Source: Lingula anatina (Eukaryota; Animalia; Brachiopoda). From it: a DNA stretch of 64,000 nt. The notes under the pieces are model-generated. The model did not search any database. It was given only the letters and a program-made list of their open reading frames with translations, and was not told where the DNA came from. The stretch is taken from positions 1,054,001-1,118,000 of the forward strand of contig CM120640.1 in assembly GCA_051362555.1 (NCBI GenBank), in the 5' to 3' direction. Positions 28,047 through 40,513 of the stretch are shown here, piece after piece. Position 1 is the stretch's first letter, and each line of letters starts with the position of its first letter. The translations under genes and the position numbers were made by a program.

Positions 28047-31000
28047 ATATATATATTAAAACAAAATCTAAGAGATATAGACAGAATTAAAAAAGTGGGT
28101 CTTTAAAAGAGATTTAAAATTGTCAAAGTCTTCTGTTTTCCTAATAAAATTTGGTAGACCATTCCACACTCTTGGGGCGTAGATTATAAAAGCACGATCT
28201 CCATAACTTTTTAGGCACCCCTTCTCTAAAACAGAATGTTCTAAAATAAAATCATTCTCAGTATTAAAACGTGTGGACCGCCGTGGTAAGTTAAAACAGA
28301 TAAGATCAGATAAATATAATGGTCCTTGTGAATGGATCGCCTTAAAAATAATACAGAGTACTTTAAAATCAATCCTCTGCTTCACAGGCAGCCAGTGTAA
28401 TTCTTTCAGAATGGGAGTGATATGGTGTGTACTATTGTACTTAATTTGACAAACCAGTCTTGCAGCTGAGTTTTGAATAACTTGTAACTTTTTAATCTGA
28501 TAGTCACAAATACCAAAGAGGAGACTATTGCAGTAATCTAATCTTGATGATATAAATGCATGTACTAATTTTTCAGTGGTTTTGTTATCTAACACTTTCC
28601 TTATTTTTCCAATGCGCCATAGTGCATAAGATGCTGATTTACACACTTCAGATACACGCTTGCCCATAGTGCCATTTTCATCGAGGGTAACTCCCAGATC
28701 TTTTACAGAACTAGATGGTTTTATAAGAACATCTCCTATGCAAATGTTGGCATTTGCTACATTTTTTCTATTTGCCTTGAACCTTGATGTAAACCATATC
28801 AACTCAGTCTTACTATCATTTAAAGCCAACATGTTCACTTTCATCCATTCTCGAATCTCTGCAAGACAAGTCTCCATAGAAGTGATTGTTGCAGACTGGC
28901 TGCTCTTGCATGTAATATATACTTGTGTGTCATCTGCAAAAATAACAGTGTTCAGACCATGCTTTAGTATGATATCTTCTACAGGTAACATGTATAATGA
29001 GAATAGGATCGGACCTAAAACAGACCCTTGTGGGACACCGTACTCAAGGTATATTGTATGCTGAAATAATATACTACAAAAGAAACTGGAGACATGCCTG
29101 AACAAGAAACTCCCATGAGGAGTGGAGATGAACATATTGCAATGGATTTAAGATTTACACATGTAGGAAGACAGCGCCGAGGTGCATGTACATGAAAACT
29201 TTGAGATCCGTTTTTAGTGAATAAGTCAAAGGTAAAAAACAAATAAAATTTAATTTTCATTTTAGCCAAAAAACTCCGAGACAGGTACACATCAAAAATG
29301 CCCTTATTAGCTGGAAACTAAAGCCTCGCAGGACTTTCACAATTTCAACAAGCCATAAGAAATCAAAAAGTAATATTTTAAATTGATGAGCATTATTAAA
29401 GACAGGGTGCAGTCGTAATATTGTATTATCGGTATCTGCTTTTGCTGCAAGAATTGCTTAGATTTCTCATTACCTGTTGTAGCACTATCACGTTGGTGCA
29501 GACGTGAGGAAAAACTTGATTCGACAGAAGTTGTTCCACCGTTGACCGTTGTCATCTCCCAAGTGTCGGTGGTGCCGATAAATGAAGGATAGTTCTTGGG
29601 TTTTGGAGTCGTTTGCACATTCACGGTTATTTTCTCTGTGGTTGTGGTTTGTATTTTACTGGTTGTGATTTTTGTTTTATCACTCGTACCCTTAATGTCA
29701 CACCCAACCGATGTAGTTGTCAGCAACTTATTTTCATGTGTAGTGGCACGCGTTCTCGTGGACATGGTCGTTGTTGCAACCGTTGTCGTGGCAACGGTTG
29801 TCTCGGTTACCATTGTCGTGGCAGCTGTTGTCGCGGCAACCGTTGTCGTGGCATCCGTTGTCTCGGCAATCATTGTCGTCGAAGCCGTTGCCTCGGTAAC
29901 TGTTGTTACGACTTCAGCTGTGGATTTCTCTTGTGGTAACGTTGTTGTGATGGGTACAGGGGTGGTGGTAGGTGGTGGTATTGGAGCTGTGGCGATAAAC
30001 AATATATTATTTTGGATTGTAAAAGCGCTGGATGCTCATACTGTCGTTTTTCTTCCCAAATATGGCTGGTTGTTTGCAAAGATAAATTTTAAGAAAATAA
30101 TGTTTTAAGATTTGAACTAAATTAATGAATACTATTCAGATGTTTTCCGCGCTCAGATAAATGTCACGAAAATGCATTGTGTTATTATTATTATAGGCTG
30201 ATGTTGAATTGCAGAAATGGTAGTGTATCATTTCACTGCCCGTACAGACATAACGACCTTAACAAAATATGGAGTGTGTGATGAGTTCTCCTTACCAAAC
30301 TGACAAATATACGCAAGTTTTAGTTCAGCGTTCTCAGCTACCCATCGAAAGTCGTGGTTCCAGGACAGTTTGCAGGCTTTGAAAGCGTCCGCTTTATTAA
30401 AAGACGCTGGGTCCCAGTTTGTGTATGCAACCCGGTTTCCTGAAAGTAAAAATTCATATTTAAGCTAAACCATATATGATTTTAAGTAAAAATCAACTGT
30501 AGTTATTTGCAATTAAGTGTACATGTTTATTTTTTTTCTTTAGTGAACAATATAATGGTAAGAGACAGTAATTGCTTAAAATGTCACATGTATAATCGTG
30601 ATTTTGAGGCTTCACTAACCCCCCCCCCCCCCCCCCCCTTTACACTGAACTGCGTCCTTGCTGCGTCCTTTGTGCGATCGTGAAACTAGCATCGCTGTGG
30701 TCGTACAAAGGAGGCACAAGCATCGCTTTGGCTGCAGAATGAATGCTCAATGATTGGCCAGTTGTCGGCACGTAAAGATTATTTTTTACTCTTAAACTGG
30801 GCAGTACTACGGACGCAGAAAGGACGCCGTCCAGTGTAAAAGAGCCTTATTTCATTTATCCTGAAGTAACACTATCTGACAACACAATCACCTTATGAAA
30901 TTTTCTTCTCATTGGTCGTCAGGAACGGGAAGATTATGCCCTTAAGCTTTAACATTCAAAAATATTTGTACGTAATGTTCTGTTCAAGTGACAAAATAAA

Positions 31001-33079
31001 GCCAGAAAGGTATAAAAAAAAGCTTCTAATATGCAGTTAGTACATGTACACTGTGCAATAGTCCAGAATAATACACAACAAGCTCTTCAGCATCAATAAA
31101 CCCAAGGCAAATCCATTAACCCCAGTCACTCACCATTATCCCAGGACCAGCTGTATGGCTCTGTCCTGTTCCACATGGCTCCTATCCAGTAGTTGTTGCC
31201 ATATTCCTTCCTTTTATGCACATTCTCCACATTCAGCAGAACAGACCTCAGGGATTCCATCGTAGCTTTGTTTTCAACGTGGGCAAGACGAGCCCCCCTC
31301 GAAGTACAGAACGTCCTGGCCATGGCCCAGGTAAAGCCGTGCTTTCTTGCTGAATTGGGTCGAAGTTCCAAACAGTAGCAGGAACCATTGAAATGGTGGC
31401 CGTAGCTACACTTTGGTGTATCCGGGCATTTGTCAACATTGGCTTAAAAGAACAAAAAAAAGCAAAAATTTTTACTAGGTCATTAATCTAAAAGACAAAT
31501 TTCATAACTTAGACTTGAGACCCGAAATTCAGCGTCATTACATATCAGGCAGGTCCACAAATATACGATTGATCCTCTTTTAAATCTTAATCTTGTATGA
31601 TTTTGCAAGCAAAAGTGTCGCCACAGATTCTATAATTCTTAGGTCCTGGCCCTGCTTTTTTTTTTTTTTACATCATGCTTATTAAGATTGTCGTCTGAAA
31701 TACCATATTAACTCGAAAAATGTTCATTCTTACTAAATTCACAAACAGCAGACGACTTTTCCCAGTGTCCTTCTCGTACTCTGTGAACGCCGAGCTTGTT
31801 TGCTTCTTCGTCATTCCAATCGTATCGAAATTGCCGCCAGAGCATCACGCGGTCCTCCACGTGACCGTTGTTGTTCGGTTCGTTTGGTCCCCAGGACGTC
31901 CACTGCAGCTCCTGGCCGCCTTGAATGAAATATTTTCACAGACAAGATATACACTCTATTTTCCAGTGTGACAGGAATGGGTCCGGGTCCCCATATGAAT
32001 AGTACAGGTTAGGGTTAGTTGGAGTATTGGGGTTAGTATACTGGACGAATGTCACTTGTACAAAGTAATAGGAAGCAAACTACGGTTCCTAGCGGACTAC
32101 CATTCATGTCTCGTTAATTTATAATACATTTTTGTAGATATTACGGCTATTATAGAGTAAACAGTTATTGTTATATACATGAAGGTGTGTGTCATATTTA
32201 TAATTTGAACCTCATTCGTGCAATTTTGATTTCAGCCTTGCTCTACACGCACCGCTATGCAGTACTTACAATTCTGGAAACCATTTAAATTATTTGAAAT
32301 AAAATAAAAGGGACTGTTATAAGCTGTACGAGTATTTTACTGAAAACCAAGATTTTCTATAAAACACGTGATGGTACCTGTAGGGGCGCATTCAATTCGT
32401 AGGAAGGTTCTTATACAATAATCTACTTACTGTCTGCCCAAAACCATCTCTTCTTTGAATATGCACCAATCCAGAAGTCATGTTTATAGTTCTTAAGAAC
32501 ATTTCTGAGACTTTGATCCGTTTCTCTGTTTTCTATGGTAACCAAGTCACCTCCCTGATTCTTGCAGTAATGGCTAGCCTCTTGCCAGGTTTGCCGGCGA
32601 TTCATAAGTAGAAGACATTTCTGTCCGACAGCCAATGAGTCTGGATGACTACAGCGTGGATCACCTGGCAACAGAAAAGCAACAGAACGAAATCTATATA
32701 CAGTCGTCATAATTTAGAATATAAATGATAAATGCAATAAAAGTTATTAAAATAACTCATCAATATGAATTTACTCAGATATTGATTGATTTCAAAATGC
32801 GTATCTTTGTTAAGAAAAGTAATAAAAATGCCTTATGGTCTCTTATTTATTTCCCCTAATACTGTGTTTATTTTCCTCACCGTGTAGGTCAAAGTCCCTC
32901 ACAGAAAAATCCTTCGTTCAATGTTTTAACAATAGTAACACTGTTCTAATACAGTTCTACACATGCCTTAAACCATCCACAGCATCACATGAACCAAGGT
33001 CTGTCATATAAACAATATACTCACCTTCAACGCCTAGTACGAGCAGTACAAACAGGAAGATAATAAAACAGATATGCAT
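26286..33079 (-). CDS. Gene C: signal - 2x CTLD - Thr-rich mucin stalk - TM - NPLY tail (final exon not identified)
   Basis: Exons: 33025-33079 MHICFIIFLFVLLVLGVE; 32431-32664; 31734-31919 (WGPNEPNNNGHVEDRVMLW..WNDE); 31134-31442; 30296-30439; 29474-29986 mucin; 27531-27599; 26769-26856 TM (LFATFGVPVVGVVAVFTLAWLIY); 26286-26413 (ENVYTIRDNPLY..DYMDY). Confidence 0.83.
27137..27421. mobile_element. MITE with cggaag(c/t)cgactggtgtcatgtt TIRs and internal tctcgaaatttcga repeats
   Basis: ~23-bp inverted termini; the interior is built of palindromic tcgaaatttcga units. Confidence 0.75.
27840..29060 (-). mobile_element. 5'-truncated L2/CR1-group LINE (RT C-terminal half, ORF still open) in an intron of gene C
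   Basis: ORF 28068-29135 has GVPQGSVLGPILF, FADDTQ, LNDSKTE, VKDLGV, SRLDYCNSL, HITPILKELHWLPV. The 3' end has a tgtaaggcgcc..aaggcgccatataag motif and a (TTA)n tail. Confidence 0.93.
30636..30846. mobile_element. Harbinger/Tourist-like MITE
   Basis: cctttacactgaactgcgtcctt .. aaggacgccgtccagtgtaaaagagcc|tta inverted ends; the left end abuts a poly-C run. Confidence 0.55.
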
Positions 33080-33542
33080 TTCTTCCAAAAGACCAATTAG
33101 TTTAATCCCAGCACATCATCTGAAAAACACTCAAATGAAAGAAACGGTTTTACTACAGTTTCAATTTTTGCAAACAATATTTGGTCAAAAAGCCAGTCAG
33201 TTATTCCAAAGCTTTCTGTGCAAATAAATGCCGTGACCTTTAAATTGACACATGATTTTCAAGATCTGGGACACCAATAGACCCCCAGTAGTTCACTGTT
33301 CCGGAAATCTGCCAACGATAATTGTTATCCTCTTCGCTGACAACAGCTGCATTGTTTGTTTCAGAGTGAATTTTCCCTTTAAAGAATGCAAGACTCCATC
33401 TCTGCACTCCCACTGTTTTAATTTTTAAAAACATTGTAGCGTTCTAAAATAATAACATGATTAAAAACATGACATATTAAAGATTTAATTTGACACTATT
33501 TTGTACCTTTCAATACACCTCATACTGAGCTAAAACTGGTTA

Positions 33543-33766
33543 GACCCCATTTCCATAGATTTTAGATCGATCTATCCCTGTGGGGAGTCTCACTAGATTA
33601 CTGTCAGCTTAGCCGGCTTAAGCGTCTGTCCCGCCAATAAAAGCTGTAAGGGGGTAATTAACTATGGTGCCCGCTCGGCTGACTGCAATTTAGCGTGAAA
33701 CCCCAGGGAGTTAGGTCGACCTAAATCTAAATCTCTGGATTGATCTAAATCTCTGGGAATGCACCC
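33543..33766. mobile_element. PIF/Harbinger-like MITE (copy 1), TTA TSD
   Basis: tta|gaccccatttccataga..tctgggaatgcaccc|tta; interior nearly identical to 60089-60302. Confidence 0.8.
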
Positions 33767-34795
33767 TTATTAGTTTAGTTATATAACGGTCATACGGGTG
33801 AATATTATCTCGGGGATGTTACAAGGTTATCATCCATTGTGACGAAGGCGTGAATCACTTTATTATACTTTACACGTAATAAACTAGATTACTGCCCTTA
33901 TATACATTGTATCTAATCGTGTGGTGGTATCGTCCAACAATGTCAATAATGCCAATTATTATGATGACGTCATCAGGCTATTTAGGTCGTAATTTTGTGC
34001 GGTTTACTTTCGACCAGCTTCACAAATGTGAGCTTCACAAATGTGAGAGTACTTACAAAATCAAATAGATATAGATTTGTTTCACATGTGTGGACCAAAT
34101 GAGTAAATTATGCCAATAAACGGACAAAGAAATAGATATTTGAAAAATTACAGTAGAATGAAAGCAAATTTTAAGCGTCCATTGTCTTGGAATGTGCAGA
34201 GTTGTCCAAGGCTTACACGTTTTTGTTGAAACTGCATGCATTTTCTCGTTTTAGTTTTAGAAAAAAACAGGTATATTAATGATAACAATAAAAGTGGGTT
34301 TATTGATCACTAATTTTTTACGACTTTTACAGATTTTCTCATTTCTTCATTACATACTATCTATGTTAACAATGTTTTAACACAGCTCAGTCACTTAAAC
34401 AACGTGAAATTTTCTCTTACAAAATTTACTTACATTATATATTATTATTTATGAAATTGTCACGAAAGCAAGACACACTGACGAACATCGGTTCGTTTAT
34501 AACAATAAGTACATAGATTTTTCATCTCATCTCATCTCAGTGAAATACAATGTATTAGCTCATTGACTATTTCATTTTACAAAGTACGGTAATTTATCGA
34601 ACAATTTGCACATGTGCATCAATTACTGTACAGATGTACAATCCCCTTCACTATCCTTTCTTTCTCAGATGCATTTTTGTAGACGCAAACAACTGAGAAA
34701 CCAATTTTCATTCATTATGACTGGTGCACTGTTTTGTAAACTGATAATGTATTTAGTTACGTAATCTTCATTGTCACTCTTTACACAACGAACAT

Positions 34796-37700
34796 TTATA
34801 TTCTGATTTGTGTAAAATCTACGATATCGTAGATCTCAACAGTTCTTTCTTCGATGGAATGACAGCGGTTGACATCAAAGGATGTTTCTTCAGCTATTCT
34901 ATCCAGTCTGCTGTGTACGTCATCACCAAGCTGATTGCAGAAAGGACGCTTTCCTAAAATGTGTATTGTAAATAACTCAGACAGGTTAAGTATATAATGT
35001 ATGTACACAAAAAAGTGGCACAAGCCCAGTAGAAATGAAGAACTAAGAACTGGAGGTGGTAATTAAAATGGCCCACTGTTAGAGGGAGGACAGCTCTAAC
35101 AGGGGCAGGAGCATTCCCATAAGAAAATCTATCAAGGGAAATTTCAAATGAGGAAACAATTACCCATTTACGATACATGTCGATGACAATTTCATATTGT
35201 CATTTCCCTGTTTGAAATCACCTAGGCCCCCCTCACCCCTGCAACACTGCGATTTCTGTGACAAGAATTATATTGCAATAAAAAAACGGCATTTCACGTC
35301 GGCTTATTGGTTATGGCGTTTATAGTATTTACCTTTAAACGACGCCATGGCTTTGTTTCCCGAAGTGGGAGTATCCGCCAACCCTGTGTTATACATTGGG
35401 TTCTGAACGGTGGTGTAGATGCTTTCTTTCATTAGGAGGTGCATTCTGTGCCCAGCATTGCTGAGAAATGGGAACATGTACAATTCAATCAGTCTCAACA
35501 GAAGGCAGTACAGTTTTAAAATTATGTGATTGTATAGTCACCTTATTTATATACAGTGTTTACACAAAATACTAGTTTCATTGCAGTATTTATCATTTAG
35601 CACTATTCTTCAATATTAAATCAAATCAATATTTAGAATATGATATAATTGCACAACTTCACGTCCATTTGCATGTATGTGCGATTCTATAAGATTGCCA
35701 ATTCAACATGCAACAAGAAAGAAGTGACAATAAGTCCATTTCCCCACGAGTAACTTACTTGTATTTCTTGTATATGAACCAGGCCAGAGTGAAAGCGATG
35801 GAAACCAGCAGTACTGGGATAAATATGGCTAGAAATAGACCCCACACTGAAACCAACGACAAAAGACGAACTTATTACACAAAAAGCTAATGAAGTGGAG
35901 TCCTCACTTTCATATACCCTTACAACTGCTAGATACATTGTTATATATCTTTTTTGTCCTGCTTCTTTTGAAGTGTTTGCGTATCAAGAATATAAAGGAA
36001 AATACAAAAAAAATCTTCCAAGTTGACTATTAATGAAATAAGCCTGCGCCTACATCACTTCTGGTATTTATTGAAAACTTACTAGGTCGGTTTTGCTTTC
36101 TTTCACGTGCGGATGGATTGTCGGATATGGTCACCGTCCTAGGTGTCAGTCCATCTTTAAAAAAGAAAGATTTTTACGAAATCAAAACATTGAAGAATCA
36201 CGTTATTCCACCCAAGGACATTTTATCAACTGCCTTGCCTAATATTAACACAGTATCTTTCAGAATGAAAAAGGCTGCTATGGTTATTGCGTTTTGAATG
36301 CCTTACTTTTAGTTGGAGTTGCAAAGCCATTGGTTTTGTTTGGTTCCACGACGTTCCGAGTGCTTAAATAATCACTCATTGACGTGCTTCTCGTATGTTC
36401 CGTTATGGCATTTTCTATGGTAGTGTCTGGCTCAGTGACTATGTCACTTGGCATAGTAGTCGCTGGTTTAGTGACTATGTCACTCGTCAAAGCGGTGACT
36501 GGCTCAGTCACAATGTCACTCGTCAAAGTGGTGTCTGGATTAGTTACTATGCCACTGGTCAAAGTAGTATGGTCCAATTTAATGGCCTCCGTGGAAGTCG
36601 CTGTTGAGACATCCTGTTCTGTCGTTGACAAGGATCCTCCGGTGGTGGGGTCGTGGTTTATGGGGACTGTTGTGGGTTTCAGTGTCGGGGCACCGCTACT
36701 TGGCTCCAGTACCACTGCCGCTGGAGAGAAATAAGCAACAGGTAGCCCTACTTCCGTCACAATAATGAGGCGTTTTGGATTATTCCAGTACTAGGGGTGA
36801 TATTTAAAGCGAGTGTAAAATATGTTTTTACCTCAACAGTTAATCATTAAAAAATAAAATTTGTTTAACTAAGACGTGCTGTGAAAAAAAAAACAAGCGA
36901 AGAGAATGTTTGTATCTTAAGTACCACTGTCTTAAACCATACCGAACTGGCAAATGAAGTGGTGCAGAGAAGTTATGCTTTCGGACATCCACATGAAGTC
37001 CTGTTTAAACGCTAATTTCGCAGCCTGAATAATTGAAGGGTTCATTTGCGGCGAAATAAGCCAGTTGCTGTAGTTAACTTTTCCTCCTGAGATAAAATAA
37101 ATACAAGATTAATTAAACCATTTTATCAAAAAATACCAATTGCAATGGAATATGGCTCTTTCAGTTCTGCACATATGAAAGTATGTTTCAGGCGTCTACA
37201 TACATTTCAACCTATTGGTGGAGTGAGATGATAACAATAATTCTAACTCCATTTATCTGCTAAACCATAACTTTCAACTTACCAGTTTCCCAAATCCATT
37301 TAAAGGGGGCTGTTCTGTTCCACACGGCGCCAATCCAGTAGTTTCCACCGAACTGCCACTGTTCGTGGGACACGTTTTGGATCTGTCGGATCAAAGCGTC
37401 CATAGTTGCACGGTTGTCAACATGTGCGAGCCGCGCCCCTGTACTGGTGCACATGGTATTAGCCTGGCCCCACGTGTACCCCTTACGGTCATCTGAGAGA
37501 TCTGCATTCAGACAATAACACGAACCAACGTCTGCAATGTACACACACGTCTTTGGACTGGTAGGCGAGCACGTTTGCCCTTCTAAAATATAAATAAGTG
37601 TAAGTGTTATAACATCTGGTTATTGAATGATGTGTATATCTTTCACGCTTACAACATAAACATAATGAAGCCGAACTATCATTCAATATTTTAAAAGTGT

Positions 37701-39224
37701 CTCTCTGAGAGGAAAGTCTCAATGCTTCAAATCCACTGTATCATTATCAATGGTCAAACTACTTCCGTCATTAGTTTCTCTGTTCTCCCTCTTCTTGCCA
37801 TATCCTTGATAACTGTTCAGTTCCATAAAGGTCTTGAGTATACTTCAAATATCAATTTACTGAATTTTCCATTGCAAACGAAATATGCTTTCGAATTCGA
37901 TAAATGAAAAATACTTTCAATGCAAAATTGATTTCATTAAATAATCCTTCTTTACCGTATTCGCAAACAGCGTTAGATTTAATTCCATGGACTTCTCTTC
38001 CGTCAGCGTCCCATCTGTGGAGGTACGTGGTATCTGCTCTCTCGTCGTTCCACTCGTAGTTAAAGTCCTTCCACAAGGCCACCCTATCCTCCTGCCCGCC
38101 GGCGTCATTCGGCTCGTGGACGGCCCAGGACGTCCACCCAATTTCTCTATTAGCTGTGCAAGTATCAACCAAATTATATGTCAGTGAGCAGCTTAGGCTT
38201 TTTATACAGCTCATCACTAGGGTTGATAGACATGAAAAAACTTTGTTGCGAATCAATATTTACTAACCGGTAGTCCAAAAATGAAAACAATGGGCAACAG
38301 ACTATTAACCTAAATAAAAACTACATTTCCCTCTTGAAAACGCATTTTACCTGCCCGACGCTTAATATATACGTCCCATCCCATTACTTCGGGCAGATGG
38401 ATAACATCGAATTCATAAATAACCACTTTTGGCATACACAATAATGCTTTATGGAGGGAAAAGCAAGCGGACAAAATGACAAAAATCTTCAGCATTTGAC
38501 TTTAGAAAAGATGGGAGTGTCATGTTGAAAAACAAACAAACAAAAAAAACATTAAACGGAAAGACATGCCCTAGAGGCTTTCCCTAAGCCAAATGACGAA
38601 AATAACAGATCTTAATGATAAAACAGAACTTACTGTCCGCCCAGAACCAGCGCTTTCTTGATAAGGCGCCGATCCAGACGTCACAATGCGCCCCCTTTAA
38701 CAGCATCTGTTTCATAAAGTCGTCTGTGTCCTTGTCGTCAATGGCGGCCAAGTGCCCTCCTTGGTTTTCACAGTAGAACCTCGCTTTTGACCAAGATTGA
38801 TCTTCGTGAATTACCTCGAAACATCTGTGATTGTAGTACACGGAATTTTTCCTCTCACAGGTTTCTTGTCCTAAACAAAGTATTTATGTTGACATTTACT
38901 TACATTTTTCCTTGCCTTTTTTTTCATTCTTTTCCTCGGAATATATTTGGTCAAAACATTATTTTATAAAGCATGAATTTTCACCACTCGTGTGCTCTGT
39001 ACCTGTATTCATAAAGCAGACTTTTGGTAAATCGTTAAATGTCATGATTCATATATTATACGTCTTCACTATCCAAATTCAAATATTACTAAACAGTTTA
39101 CAAGAAAAATAAAGAAATTTGAGAAATTTCTCTTGAAAGAACCAAAAAGAAATTATAAATGTATACCTGTAGTCCATAGGACAAACAATACATGGAAAGC
39201 GATACACCGAACGTGACAGTGCAT
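34796..39224 (-). CDS. Gene D: signal - 2x CTLD - mucin stalk - TM - SIYTTV/NPMY/YDIV tail (complete)
   Basis: Exons: 39167-39224 MHCHVRCIAFHVLFVLWTT; 38634-38870; 37956-38153 (HEPNDAGGQEDRVALW..WNDE); 37283-37582; 36943-37086; 36307-36720 mucin; 36083-36154; 35759-35846 TM; 35333-35460; 34796-34953. Confidence 0.88.
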
Positions 39225-39786
39225 GGCAGATTTATCATTAGAGAATAGAGAATCTAGTTTGGCGTAAAGTTATTTCACCGTTTCCTCTTCATGTCAGCCC
39301 ACACATACATACACACATACGCAAAACCAGTCACATTTATCCGGAAAAGATACAATCAAGATAAAGCCTATTGTTTTATATCTTTTGGCCATCTTATCTG
39401 TTTGTTTTTAGCACGATGTCGTCTTGTAAAAATTTGACATGATTTTATAACTGGGGTAAAAAGTCAATTAGTAAATGCTTTTCGGATCCCAAAATGGGTG
39501 CAGGATGATAACGCTATGCTCCATATTCTTACTTCATATATACGTGAGTTTAATTACGTCTCTAAACATCGAAAAATAAGGGAAAGAAAAGATGACAATT
39601 TAATAGTGTATACCTTTAGCTTAAATAGTTTTTAGACAAAAGTTAGTATTGTGAACATGTTCTAAATATATTCCAACGTATATAGTAAGATACACAAATC
39701 ACGAGTAATAACTTACGTAGCTACCTTTTCCTTTACCAGGTAAACGTGTGTTTCCACTTTCCCTGAAATCCCTCTCGTAGGATTAA

Positions 39787-40430
39787 ATCTGACATGGTGT
39801 TAAGGTTTACCTGGTGCTCTGATGTGCAAGTAGCAACGCAGGTTTGTAACATATCCGAGTGGCTTTTTTTAAATTTATGAACATTATTATATGCATTACA
39901 AATGAGAAATATGATGAAGCATGAAAATATAATTATAAAAGTAACGAATAAACAAAAAAACAGTAACATATCTACAAACTATAAAAGCATTATCTCTGTT
40001 TTTGAGACAACATACAACATATCTGCTGAGATTAACTTTGCTGGTTAGGCCTGTTGAAACAATATATGATTAAATATATAATAATGCTCCTGTTGTGGGA
40101 TTAAGTCGGCTTTCTTCTATCTGACATGGTATTAAGGTTTGCCTGGTGCTCTGATGTGCCAGTAGCACCGCAGGTTTGTAACATATCCGAGTGGCTTTTT
40201 TTTAATTTATGAACATAATAATATGGCCTTGCAAAAAAGAAATATGATTACGCATTACGATTGGGAATTTATGAAAATATTAAATTATAAAGGTAATTAA
40301 CAGACAAAACAATAACAGTGACAAATACGGCGTGTTGTCTACAAACTATTAAAGCATCATCTCTGTTTTTGACATAAATTCAACATATTTGCTGAGATGA
40401 AATTTGCTGGTTAGGCCTGTTGAAACAATA
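39787..40430. repeat. Local tandem duplication (~280-310 bp x2) between genes E and D
   Basis: 39787-40063 and 40119-40430 share atctgacatggt..ctggtgctctgatgtgc..catatccgagtggctttt..gctggttaggcctgttgaaacaata. Confidence 0.9.
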
Positions 40431-40513
40431 AATGAATAAATAAATCTGACTGTTCAGAAAGTAAAGATGCCAGTTAATATAATAATCAATCACTTTAAGT
40501 TGCTATAGCTTAC

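Noticed and set aside
29596-30108. Val-rich hydrophobic plus-strand ORFs (also 36384-36734)
   Set aside because: Antisense mirror of the Thr-rich mucin exons.
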